Assembly: GCA_963828165.1 (NCBI GenBank)
Contig: CAWHDR010000001.1
Span: forward strand, 832,001-896,000
Reading direction: 5' to 3'
DNA length: 64,000 nucleotides
Origin: an uncultured Chloroflexia bacterium
GTDB taxonomy: Bacteria > Chloroflexota > Limnocylindria > Limnocylindrales > CSP1-4
How positions within the stretch are numbered: position 1 is the first letter of the stretch; each line of letters opens with the position of its first letter. Positions 29,089 to 37,620 of this stretch are shown piece by piece. The translations under genes and the position numbers were made by a program. The notes beneath the pieces are model-generated. The model searched no databases. It was not told where the DNA came from and saw only the letters and a program-made list of their open reading frames with translations.

Positions 29089-30537
29089 TCAGGAGCGGCG
29101 GAGCACCCGCCGGACGACGCCCCGCGCCTGGTCTTTGTGGGCGAACGCCCAGCCAAGGATCAGCAGCACCACGAAGCCGACCGTGCCGGCCCCGGCCGCG
29201 TTCAGGTAGCCGAGTTGCTGGCCGATCTCACCGTCGATCTTGAGGCCCGGGACCGTGGCGCCCACGAGACCCAGCTGGAAGAACGGGCTCTGCGGCGCGG
29301 CGTTGGCCCGGACACTCGTCGCGGCCGGACCCTCGGTCCGCTCGCCGCCGATGATGATCGCGTTGGGGCCCGTGACGATGACGGTCCCGCCCGAGAGGCC
29401 GTAGGGCAGGTCGCTCACCTCCAGCCGCTTCCACTCCGGGAGATCGCCAGCATTCGTCGGGATGGCCCAGTAGGTCTCGCGCTGCGGGCCCTCGGCACTC
29501 CCGCCACCCACGAGGTACAGCGCGCCGTTGGCCGACCAGCCGGTCGCGTCGTCGCGCGGGCCGGGTACGTTCGCGGCAGGGTTCACCGCCCAGACCACGA
29601 CCTTGCCCTCGTCGGGGTTGTCCGGGAAGCCCTCGGCCGCCTCCAGTCCGAGGTCGCCGCGCTGCACCGTCGCCACCGGGCCATTCGCGTCATGACCGCC
29701 GTACAACCACACGTGGTCGCCGATGATCGCGGCGGTCGCGTCCGCCTGCGGAGCCAGGAGCGGGGCCTCGGGGACCCATTCCTGCAGGACGCCCTGGGCG
29801 TTGAACCTGCTCTTCCAGGTCGTCGCGACCGGCCCATCGGGTCCCTCGCCGCCGATGAGCAGCACCCCGTCGGGCGCGGCGACGCCGGCCGCTCCGGCGC
29901 GCCCCTCGGGCAGGGTCAGTTCCTCGGGCGCGGTCTCCCAATCGGGGAGCTCCCCGGTCTGTGGATCCGGTGTCAGCGTGTAGACCGTCGTGGTCGGCGC
30001 CCCGTCGGCGTCGAGGCCGCCCAGCACGTACACGGTGCCGGACACCTGCACGACGCTCGCGTCGGAGCGCGGCTCTGGCAGCGGCGGGCCCTCGGTCCAC
30101 CTGTCGAAGTTGCCGATCCCGGAAAGCTGCGAGACGAAGACCGTCGACTGCGCCGCCGTCCCGTCCGTGCCGCCGATGTACAGGATCTTGGTTCCCAGCT
30201 GCGTCGCCGAACCGTCCGTGCGCGGAGCGGGCAGCGTCACCTCGGTCGGCAATTCGTGCCACGGCGTGATCGCGCCGACCGGGGCGGGGCATGGCAGGCT
30301 CTCGTTGGTCGGCGGACAGAGATTGATCGGCGACCACGCGACGACGCCCAGGTCCACCGTCCGGTTGACCGTGAGGTAGTAGGCGCGGTCGGGGATGTAG
30401 CCGAGCAACAGGATGATGATGATCAGCCAGATGAACGCCTTGACCCCGGCCCACGCCCAGCCGTCCGCGTCGAGCAGGCCGAACATGGCCCGCTTGCGCG
30501 GCACGATCATCCCGGCTCCGAGCGCCCGTTGGGCCAT
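29089..30537 (-). CDS. Membrane-anchored Kelch-repeat beta-propeller protein
   Basis: About 6 repeats with Y(I/V)xGG, W and LPxPR; TM segments at both termini; GGAGG RBS. Confidence 0.8.
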   Translation of the reverse strand: MAQRALGAGMIVPRKRAMFGLLDADGWAWAGVKAFIWLIIIILLLGYIPDRAYYLTVNRTVDLGVVAWSPINLCPPTNESLPCPAPVGAITPWHELPTEVTLPAPRTDGSATQLGTKILYIGGTDGTAAQSTVFVSQLSGIGNFDRWTEGPPLPEPRSDASVVQVSGTVYVLGGLDADGAPTTTVYTLTPDPQTGELPDWETAPEELTLPEGRAGAAGVAAPDGVLLIGGEGPDGPVATTWKSRFNAQGVLQEWVPEAPLLAPQADATAAIIGDHVWLYGGHDANGPVATVQRGDLGLEAAEGFPDNPDEGKVVVWAVNPAANVPGPRDDATGWSANGALYLVGGGSAEGPQRETYWAIPTNAGDLPEWKRLEVSDLPYGLSGGTVIVTGPNAIIIGGERTEGPAATSVRANAAPQSPFFQLGLVGATVPGLKIDGEIGQQLGYLNAAGAGTVGFVVLLILGWAFAHKDQARGVVRRVLRRS

Positions 30538-30585
30538 CGTCCTCCATCCTCACACCGGTGATCGGCCGAGCCGGTCACCGGTCGA

Positions 30586-31677
30586 TCATTGCGCGGTCAG
30601 GGTTCCTGTCATGTTGCTGTGCACCGAGCAGACGAACGGGTACGCCCCGGCCGCCAGCGCTGGTACCGAGTAGTCGCGTTTCTCTGCACCCGGGAACACG
30701 TCGGTCTTGAACACGACGGCCCCGGCGGCATCCTTGATCTGGATGTCGTGCGGGATGCCGGCGTCCTGGTTGTCGAACGACAGCGTGAACGGCGCGTCGG
30801 CCGGGGCGGTCACCTCGGTCGGGTCGAACGCGATGGACGCGGCCGTGATCGTCACGACCTCGGCGCTCGGGTCGGTCGATGCGGACGGAGCCGGCGCCCC
30901 CGACGCTCCGGGCGAAGCACTGCCACCCGAGGCGAACTCCTCTTTCCAACAGTCGGGATACGGCGTCGCGGCCGGTGCCGGCTTGTAGTTCGGATCGCGC
31001 CAGCCTTTGAACGTCAGGACTTCGCCGGTCTGCGGGTCGACCTTGGGATCGAGCAGATGCTCGTCGCGGACGGTGTAGGTCGTGTCGTTGGTCGCGACCA
31101 GGAACGCGATGAGCTCCTCGATCTGGCGGTAGTTGAGCGGCCCCGGCGGGTTGCCCTGGTCCGACCAGGCCGGCATGAGCGACTTCGGATCGCCGCAGAC
31201 GTAGCGGCCACCGACGGTCAGCACATTCTTGATGTAGTTCTCGTTGAGGTGGGCGAAGAGCTTGTCCTGGCGGTTGAGGACCGGACCGATCCCGCCTTCG
31301 CCCTGCTCCCCGTGGCAACGGGCACAGTTCGCCTCGTAGACGAGATAGCCGCGCTCCACCGCGGTCACCTGTTGGGCGGTGATCTCGGCCTCCAGTCGCG
31401 GCTCGGTCAACCCGAGCGGTGCCCCCAGCTCGTAGAACCAGTAGAGCGCGACAAAGAGGATCACGACGACCGTGGCGAGGAAGCCGACCCAGCGGGCGTT
31501 CGAAGACTGGCGGACGACCTGGGCGGCCCGCTCGGGCGACAGCTCGACAGCCCGGATCGACGGTGGTGATGTGAATCGCTCGACCGGGGCGACCTCGGCC
31601 GGCGGGCGCGTCGCGGGCAGCCGTTGTTCCGGCCCGGGCTCGGGTCGCGTGGGCTCGCTGCCGGGCGTGTCGGTCAT
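30586..31677 (-). CDS. Membrane-anchored cytochrome c fused to a C-terminal cupredoxin
   Basis: TM helix, CARCH, distal MPAW, Ala/Ser/Pro linker and PHDI...FVCSVHSNM. Confidence 0.9.
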   Translation of the reverse strand: MTDTPGSEPTRPEPGPEQRLPATRPPAEVAPVERFTSPPSIRAVELSPERAAQVVRQSSNARWVGFLATVVVILFVALYWFYELGAPLGLTEPRLEAEITAQQVTAVERGYLVYEANCARCHGEQGEGGIGPVLNRQDKLFAHLNENYIKNVLTVGGRYVCGDPKSLMPAWSDQGNPPGPLNYRQIEELIAFLVATNDTTYTVRDEHLLDPKVDPQTGEVLTFKGWRDPNYKPAPAATPYPDCWKEEFASGGSASPGASGAPAPSASTDPSAEVVTITAASIAFDPTEVTAPADAPFTLSFDNQDAGIPHDIQIKDAAGAVVFKTDVFPGAEKRDYSVPALAAGAYPFVCSVHSNMTGTLTAQ

Positions 31678-31713
31678 CGGTCTCCTCGGCCGTTGGTGTC
31701 GAACGTCACAGCG

Positions 31714-32388
31714 TCAGATGCAGCCGGTCGGGGTGCGCGGCGGGATGATACCGGGCTGGCCCAGGGCCACGGGCAGCGGGCCCAGCGTGATCTTGCCGGT
31801 ATCGATCGTGAGCGCACCCGCGCCATCAACGGAGATCGAGAAGCGATCCATGCTCCGCGGCGCCGGGCCGAACTGCGCGCCGTCGGCCTTGATGCCGAGA
31901 CGGTCGTAGCGCGAGCCGTGGCAGGGACACTCCAGCCAGAAGTTCTTCACGCACGGGTTCGGCTTGCAGCCCAGGTGCGGGCATCGCTGGTACAGCGCCC
32001 GGACGTTGAGGGACGTGCCCTCGCCGGTCGTGTCCTCGCCGGCGAAGAACCGCTGTTGGGCCGGGTCGACGAGGATCACGAACGCGCGAGCGAACGCGAA
32101 GTACGCCGGGAAGCCCTCCTCGATCGGCAGCGTCGAGTTGGCCGTCTTGACCTCTTCGAGGGTCCCGATCGGCAGCTTGCCGCCGAAACCGCTGGCGAGG
32201 TTCGGCCAGATGAACCCGAGCGTGCCCGCGCTGATCTCGAGCAGCCAGAGGGCGACGCCCGCTCCCAGCGAGCGGCGGATGAGCTGGCGGCGGGACAGGC
32301 CCTGGACCTGCTGGTGGCGCAGCGACTTGAGCGCCTCCGAGGTCAGGGCGGCGGGCTTGTCGACGGCTTCGACGTGGTAGTTGCTCAT
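31714..32388 (-). CDS. Rieske [2Fe-2S] subunit of a quinol:cytochrome c reductase
   Basis: Tat motif SRRQLI plus TM helix; CPHLGC and CPCHGSRY boxes. Confidence 0.93.
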   Translation of the reverse strand: MSNYHVEAVDKPAALTSEALKSLRHQQVQGLSRRQLIRRSLGAGVALWLLEISAGTLGFIWPNLASGFGGKLPIGTLEEVKTANSTLPIEEGFPAYFAFARAFVILVDPAQQRFFAGEDTTGEGTSLNVRALYQRCPHLGCKPNPCVKNFWLECPCHGSRYDRLGIKADGAQFGPAPRSMDRFSISVDGAGALTIDTGKITLGPLPVALGQPGIIPPRTPTGCI

Positions 32389-32408
32389 GCGCGCTCAGCG
32401 ATCCTCGG

Positions 32409-33011
32409 TCACAGGGAGAAGTACATGCCGGGGGCGGTCACGTACGGGATGACGAAGGTGTAGCCCGGCCCTCGGAAGAAGATCCCGACGAACGTCAGGA
32501 CCAGGCCCAGGATGCAGAAGAGCGTGAACAGGATCACGGCCGTCTTCCGCTGCGACGGGCGGGTCACCAGGATGTTGCCGCGATCGATGTACGGGATGAA
32601 CCCGGCACCAACGAGCACGAAGGTGGGCACCAGCACCCCGGCGACCGTTGGATGGAAGTAGGCCAGCAGTTCCTGGAGACCCAGGAAATACCACGGAGCC
32701 TTCGCGACGGCCGGCGTGACATTGCCGTTGGCCAGCTCCTCGAGCGGGGCGTTGATGAACAGGCCCATCAGCAGCAGGAAGATGCTCATGACGCCGGCGG
32801 CGAGGAACTCGATCGACAGCAGATGCGGCCAGGTCATGACCGTGTCGTCCGGTTCCTTCTGGACGCGGACGACGGCGTCCTGCTTGACCAGTGCCAGCAA
32901 CCGATACGGCCGCGCCGACATCGGCACGCGCTGCTTGTCGATCTCCGTCCGCCGGGTGGGGTCGACCGGAAGGACGACGCGCTTGTCGGGCGGGGACTTC
33001 ACATCAGACAT
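32409..33011 (-). CDS. Cytochrome b C-terminal subunit (subunit IV / PetD-like)
   Basis: WPHLL, KAPWYFLGLQELL (PEWY-equivalent) and PYID; three TM helices. Confidence 0.88.
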   Translation of the reverse strand: MSDVKSPPDKRVVLPVDPTRRTEIDKQRVPMSARPYRLLALVKQDAVVRVQKEPDDTVMTWPHLLSIEFLAAGVMSIFLLLMGLFINAPLEELANGNVTPAVAKAPWYFLGLQELLAYFHPTVAGVLVPTFVLVGAGFIPYIDRGNILVTRPSQRKTAVILFTLFCILGLVLTFVGIFFRGPGYTFVIPYVTAPGMYFSL

Positions 33012-33022
33012 GACACGAAACC

Positions 33023-33144
33023 CTCGGGGCCGATAGGGCCGTCAGATGCAAGGCGGAGCTGAGCACCGGAGCGAGCGCACTCGAGGTGCGTGAGCGAGGA
33101 GCGCAGGCGACAACGACGCAGATGGCGGTCATAGCGGCCCCGAG
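33023..33144. repeat. ~120-bp imperfect palindromic element
   Basis: Arms CTCGGGGCCGatagggCCGtCAgaTGC and GCAgaTGgCGGtcatagCGGCCCCGAG; the right arm overlaps the 3' end of cytochrome b6. Confidence 0.6.
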
Positions 33145-33857
33145 ATCCCTCCGTCCTTTCTGATACGCCAGAAATGGACGGCCAGGAAGATGGCTGCAAC
33201 GAGTGGCAAGACCATGATGTGGAGCACGTAGAAGCGGAGGAGCGTGTTCTGGCCGACCTCCACGCCACCGAGCAGGATGCGCGACACCGGCGTGTTGAAC
33301 AGTGGCGCGTAGCCGCCCATGTTCGTGCCGATCGTGATGGCCCAGTAAGCGATCTGGTCCCACGGCAGCAGGTAGCCGGTGAAGCTCAACATGATGGTCA
33401 GGAAGAGCAGCACCACCCCGACCACCCAGTTGAACTCGCGCGGTGGCTTGTAGGCGCCGTGATAGAAGACCCGCATCATGTGCAGGAACACGAAGAAGAC
33501 CATCAGGTGGGCGCCCCACCGGTGGATGTTGCGGGTCAACAGGCCGAACGTGACCTGGCTCTGGATGTCGAGGATGTTCGTGTACGCGAGCGTCGCGCTC
33601 GGCACGTAGAAGAACATCAGGTACACGCCGGTGATGGTCAGCACCAGGAACAGGAAGAACGACAGTCCGCCCAGGCAGAACGTGTAGGCGAACTTGACCG
33701 CGTGCTGCCGAACGCGCACCGGGTGGATGTGCAGGAACACGTTGTTCATGACCGCGTACGCGCGCGACCGCTCGTCCCGCGGGTACGGCTGCCGGAACAG
33801 CGAGCGCCAGGCCCCGCTGCGGCGGATGGTGTGGTCCATCCGCTCGAGGAAACTCAC
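33129..33857 (-). CDS. Cytochrome b N-terminal subunit (cytochrome b6 / PetB-like)
   Basis: FCLGG, HRW...LH, FTGYLLPWDQ, helix-D His pair separated by 14 residues and C-terminal GISGPL. Confidence 0.95.
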   Translation of the reverse strand: MSFLERMDHTIRRSGAWRSLFRQPYPRDERSRAYAVMNNVFLHIHPVRVRQHAVKFAYTFCLGGLSFFLFLVLTITGVYLMFFYVPSATLAYTNILDIQSQVTFGLLTRNIHRWGAHLMVFFVFLHMMRVFYHGAYKPPREFNWVVGVVLLFLTIMLSFTGYLLPWDQIAYWAITIGTNMGGYAPLFNTPVSRILLGGVEVGQNTLLRFYVLHIMVLPLVAAIFLAVHFWRIRKDGGISGPL

Positions 33858-35689
33858 CGGGCTCCTCCTGCGACGCCGGGCGTGCCGGCGAGTTGCGCGT
33901 CACGGTAGGACTCCTTGTAGAGCCGACCGTCTGTCGAGATCTCCTGCAGTTCGAACCGCTCCATCGTAATGGCGTCGAACGGGCAACGCTTGACACACAG
34001 GGCGCAGCGGATGCAGCGCTCCTCGTCCAGGATCATCGCGCCGCCATTCTCCCAGCCGTATGCCTCCTCGAGCTCGGGCAGGAGACCCTCCGACTTGAGC
34101 GTGTTGATGTCCACCATGTGGATGACGCCCTCGGGGCAGACGTCGGCACAGGCGCCGCACAGCACGCAGCGGAACGGGTCGAACCAGATGTTGTAGTTGC
34201 ACATCAGGCAGCGCGTCGATTCGGCGACGGCGCCGTTCGCGTCGTAGCCAAGCTCGACCGGGGTGTTGAAGTTGACGACCGGGTCGGTCGACGGCATGCG
34301 CACGTCGAGCGAGACCATCGGGATGTGCTGGCGCGGGAGCACGTCGTAGAACTCGGGCATGTCGTGGCGCCAGGAGCTCGTGACCTTGACGTTGGCCGCG
34401 ACCGACACGTCGGTCCGTCCGGCGAGATAGCGATCGATGGCGTAGGCCGCCTTCTTGCCATGGCCGGCCGCCTCGATGAGCGTCGTCGGTCCGGTCACGA
34501 AGTCGCCGCAGGCGAACACCCCCTTGACGTTCGACGCGTAGGTCGCGGGGTCTACCTTGACCCGGCCGCGATTGATCTCGAAGCGCGCCTCGACCGGCAG
34601 GAAGGTCAGGTCGGCGGCCTGCGACACCGCCGGGATGACGGTCTGGGCCGGGACGATGAATTCGGATCCCTCGATCGGCACCGGCGAGCGGCGGCCCGAC
34701 GCATCCGGCTCGCCGAGGCGGTTGCGGATGAACTTGACGGCGCTGACCTTGCCGTCCTCGCCGAGGATCTCGATGGGGCTCGCGAGGAACTCCATCCGGA
34801 CGCCCTCGCGCTCGGTCTCGCCCAGCTCCTCCTCGTCGACCACGAGCTCGGAGCGGGTCCGGCGATAGGCGATCGTGACGTTCTCCGCACCATGACGAAG
34901 GCTCGTGCGCGAGCAGTCCATGGCCGTATACCCGCCGCCGATCACGACGACGTCATTGCCGACCTCGAGCGGCTGCCCCAGGTTCGCCTTCTTCATGAAG
35001 TCGACGCCGTAGTCGACGCCCTCGAGCTCCGCGCCCGGGATGTCGAGCGCGACCGCGTCCATGGCGCCGGCCGTGATCGCGATGGCGTCGTACTCGGCCT
35101 GGAGCTGCTCGAACGTGATGTCCTTGCCGATCGTCGTGTCGTACACGAACGTCACGCCGAGGCGTTCGACGAGTCGGACGTCCATCTCGATCGCCTCGCG
35201 CGGCAGGCGGAAGGCCGGCACGCCGATGAGCATCGTCCCGCCGCCGTAGGGCAGGCTGTCGAAGACCGTGCACTGGTAGCCCTTCATCGCGAGCTCGCGC
35301 GCGACTGCGATCCCGGCCGGACCGGCGCCGACGATGGCGACGCGTTCGGCGCGGGGTGCGATCTGGGGCATGACGTCGGGGATGCCGGATGCCTCGTGCC
35401 ATTCCACGAGGAAGCGCTTCATCGCGCGGATGGCCAGCGGACGGTCGATGTCGCCGCGCCGGCAGGCTCGCTCGCACGGAGCCGAGCAGACATAGGAGCA
35501 CATCGCCGCGACCGGGTTCGGCTCGCGCGACAGGATGTAGCCCTCCTCGAACCGCCCTTCGGCAGCGAGGTTCAGGTAGCCGCGGCAGTTGGTCCCGACC
35601 GGACACGCTTCCTGGCACTCGATGTTGCATTGCAACCAGGAGGCGTCGACAGGCTGGACGAGGAATTCCTGGGCGGGGTCGATGGCCAA
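33854..35689 (-). CDS. GltD/NfnL-like FAD, NAD(P)H-dependent oxidoreductase with a C-terminal 2x[4Fe-4S] ferredoxin domain
   Basis: CQEACP, CSYVCSAPCERAC, GAGPAG, GGGYTAMD, YRR, RCLMC, CVLCGACADVCP and CIRCALCVKRCP; probable TTG start at 35689. Confidence 0.9.
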   Translation of the reverse strand: MAIDPAQEFLVQPVDASWLQCNIECQEACPVGTNCRGYLNLAAEGRFEEGYILSREPNPVAAMCSYVCSAPCERACRRGDIDRPLAIRAMKRFLVEWHEASGIPDVMPQIAPRAERVAIVGAGPAGIAVARELAMKGYQCTVFDSLPYGGGTMLIGVPAFRLPREAIEMDVRLVERLGVTFVYDTTIGKDITFEQLQAEYDAIAITAGAMDAVALDIPGAELEGVDYGVDFMKKANLGQPLEVGNDVVVIGGGYTAMDCSRTSLRHGAENVTIAYRRTRSELVVDEEELGETEREGVRMEFLASPIEILGEDGKVSAVKFIRNRLGEPDASGRRSPVPIEGSEFIVPAQTVIPAVSQAADLTFLPVEARFEINRGRVKVDPATYASNVKGVFACGDFVTGPTTLIEAAGHGKKAAYAIDRYLAGRTDVSVAANVKVTSSWRHDMPEFYDVLPRQHIPMVSLDVRMPSTDPVVNFNTPVELGYDANGAVAESTRCLMCNYNIWFDPFRCVLCGACADVCPEGVIHMVDINTLKSEGLLPELEEAYGWENGGAMILDEERCIRCALCVKRCPFDAITMERFELQEISTDGRLYKESYRDAQLAGTPGVAGGAR

Positions 35690-35940
35690 GCGGGGACGTG
35701 CCTTTCCCTGGTTTGGTCGGAATGAAGGCGTCAGCGGCGGATCGGCCGTTCGCCGACCTCGCCAATCTACCATCCGCCTCGTGCGGGCTGCAAAGCACCC
35801 GGGTTTCCGGACCGACCCTGCGGCGTCGGATCGGCAGGTTCGGGTACGGTTGACGCTGGCTGCCCTCGCAGCTACGCTGCCCTGCGGAAAGCCGCGTGCG
35901 CTCGAGCACTCGAGAGCGACCGGAGGGAGATGCGGGGACC

Positions 35941-37620
35941 GTGACCGCAAGCGAGTTCGTGTTCCTGGCGCTTGGACTGGTCCTGGGCGTTGCCGCCGGC
36001 GCGGCGCTGGTCGAGATCCTGCGCGCCCGACCCCACGCTTCGCGTGAAGTCCGGGTCACGGTCGCCCCGGACTCGGTTCCGAGACGTCGATCCTCCACCC
36101 TCGCCGACGACGCATTCGCCGGGATCCAGCCCTCCGAACCGGCTCGCGGCGGCCCCGCGGACCGGCGCGGCGATGCCGTCAGCGTGGGCCCTGGGCGCAC
36201 GGAACGTCGAACACCTGTTCGCTCAGACGTGGCGGCCGCCTCAGCCGCGACCGACGGTGTCGGCGAGGGCCGAGTCGCGCCGATGCCAGCACCACGTCCC
36301 CTGCCGATCTCCGGTGGAGCCGACCCGACCCTGACTGCCATCCGCGCGACGGCGATGAGCGCGGCGGCCGCCCAGGGGCGGCAGACCACCACGGCGCTTC
36401 TTGACGCGCCGACCGGCAGCGCCGACGACGCGGCCTCCTCCGCGCCGTCGGCGCCGTCGGCGCCGTCCGTCCCCGCGCCACCGGACGCCAGCCCGAGCGC
36501 AAACGGTCCATGTGCCGAGCCGCGCCGGCTCGCGGACGAACGGTGTGAGCTCGCAATCCGCGCGCGTCAGCAGGCCGGTGTCGCCGACGAGATCCACCGC
36601 TCAGCGCAACGCGCTTACGACCAGCATGAGGCCGCGGCCGAGGCGGCCGCGGCGGCCGCGGACCCGCGCGCGGTGCGGCGGGCGAAGGACGATGCCCAAG
36701 CGCGGTTCCGGAATGGACGAGCAGGCGCGATGACCAGCGAATCCGTGGAGGCGGCCGCACGGGCGTGGCTGCTGGAGATCAACGCGATCAACGGGGACGC
36801 CCGCGAGGCAACGGCGACCCTGAACCGCGAGCGCGAGGCGGCGGCCGCCATCGCCCTGAACCTGGAGCGGCTCGCCGTCGAGGCCGATGCGGCCCGGATC
36901 GCCGCCGAAACGGCCGAATCCGTCTGTCTCACGGCGCGTGAAACGCTGGCCGCGTGCGAGGAGGCCGAGGCCGCCGGCGTGAAGGGCCATCTGCCGGCCG
37001 TCCCATCGCAGGGGCCCTCAGACGGCGGGTCGGTCGACGACGAACCGCTTGCGGCGGCACTCCATGGAGGGAGCGACCCCCGCATCTTCCGGCTGCTGCG
37101 CGGAGACCGAACCTCGTTGACCGAGGTCGTGACGGCGTTGGGCGGCGAGAGCCCCGACGAGCGCCGTCACTGGCAGGCCGCCATCGTGGACCTCATCGAT
37201 GCGATCCTCGCTGACAGCATCGCCGCGGGATCGCTGGAGTTCCCGATCGACCACCCGTTCTGGGGCACGTTCACGCTCGAGCAGGACCGCGAGATCGCCG
37301 CGGCGCTGTCCTCGCTCGGCTTCAAGTTCGACGGGTTCGGCGGATGGGTCGATGACCGGGTCCCGTCGCAACGGGACCTGTCGCTGTCGCTGGGCTACGC
37401 GGGCCTGGACCCGATGCGGATCCGCCAGTGGCCGACGGAAGTCGAGATGACCGAGCTCGTCAAGGACGTTCGGGTCGCGGCTGCCGAGCACCTGGTCGGG
37501 TCGGCAGCCGACCTGACGCTCGGTGAGCTCGTGACCATGCTCGGCCGGCGGGCCGACGGTCTCGCCGAGGTCTGGAACCACTGGGGCCGGATCCGGCCGC
37601 TGCTCCTCGACGAGTCCTAG
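35941..37620 (+). CDS. Hypothetical N-terminally membrane-anchored, Ala-rich coiled-coil protein
   Basis: GGGAG RBS, GTG 35941, N-terminal TM helix, long helical middle and globular C-terminus. Confidence 0.65.
   Translation: MTASEFVFLALGLVLGVAAGAALVEILRARPHASREVRVTVAPDSVPRRRSSTLADDAFAGIQPSEPARGGPADRRGDAVSVGPGRTERRTPVRSDVAAASAATDGVGEGRVAPMPAPRPLPISGGADPTLTAIRATAMSAAAAQGRQTTTALLDAPTGSADDAASSAPSAPSAPSVPAPPDASPSANGPCAEPRRLADERCELAIRARQQAGVADEIHRSAQRAYDQHEAAAEAAAAAADPRAVRRAKDDAQARFRNGRAGAMTSESVEAAARAWLLEINAINGDAREATATLNREREAAAAIALNLERLAVEADAARIAAETAESVCLTARETLAACEEAEAAGVKGHLPAVPSQGPSDGGSVDDEPLAAALHGGSDPRIFRLLRGDRTSLTEVVTALGGESPDERRHWQAAIVDLIDAILADSIAAGSLEFPIDHPFWGTFTLEQDREIAAALSSLGFKFDGFGGWVDDRVPSQRDLSLSLGYAGLDPMRIRQWPTEVEMTELVKDVRVAAAEHLVGSAADLTLGELVTMLGRRADGLAEVWNHWGRIRPLLLDES

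Noticed and set aside
33854-35689. Assigning the symbol gltD
   Set aside because: The extra C-terminal ferredoxin domain and coupling to cytochrome b argue against a canonical GOGAT small subunit.
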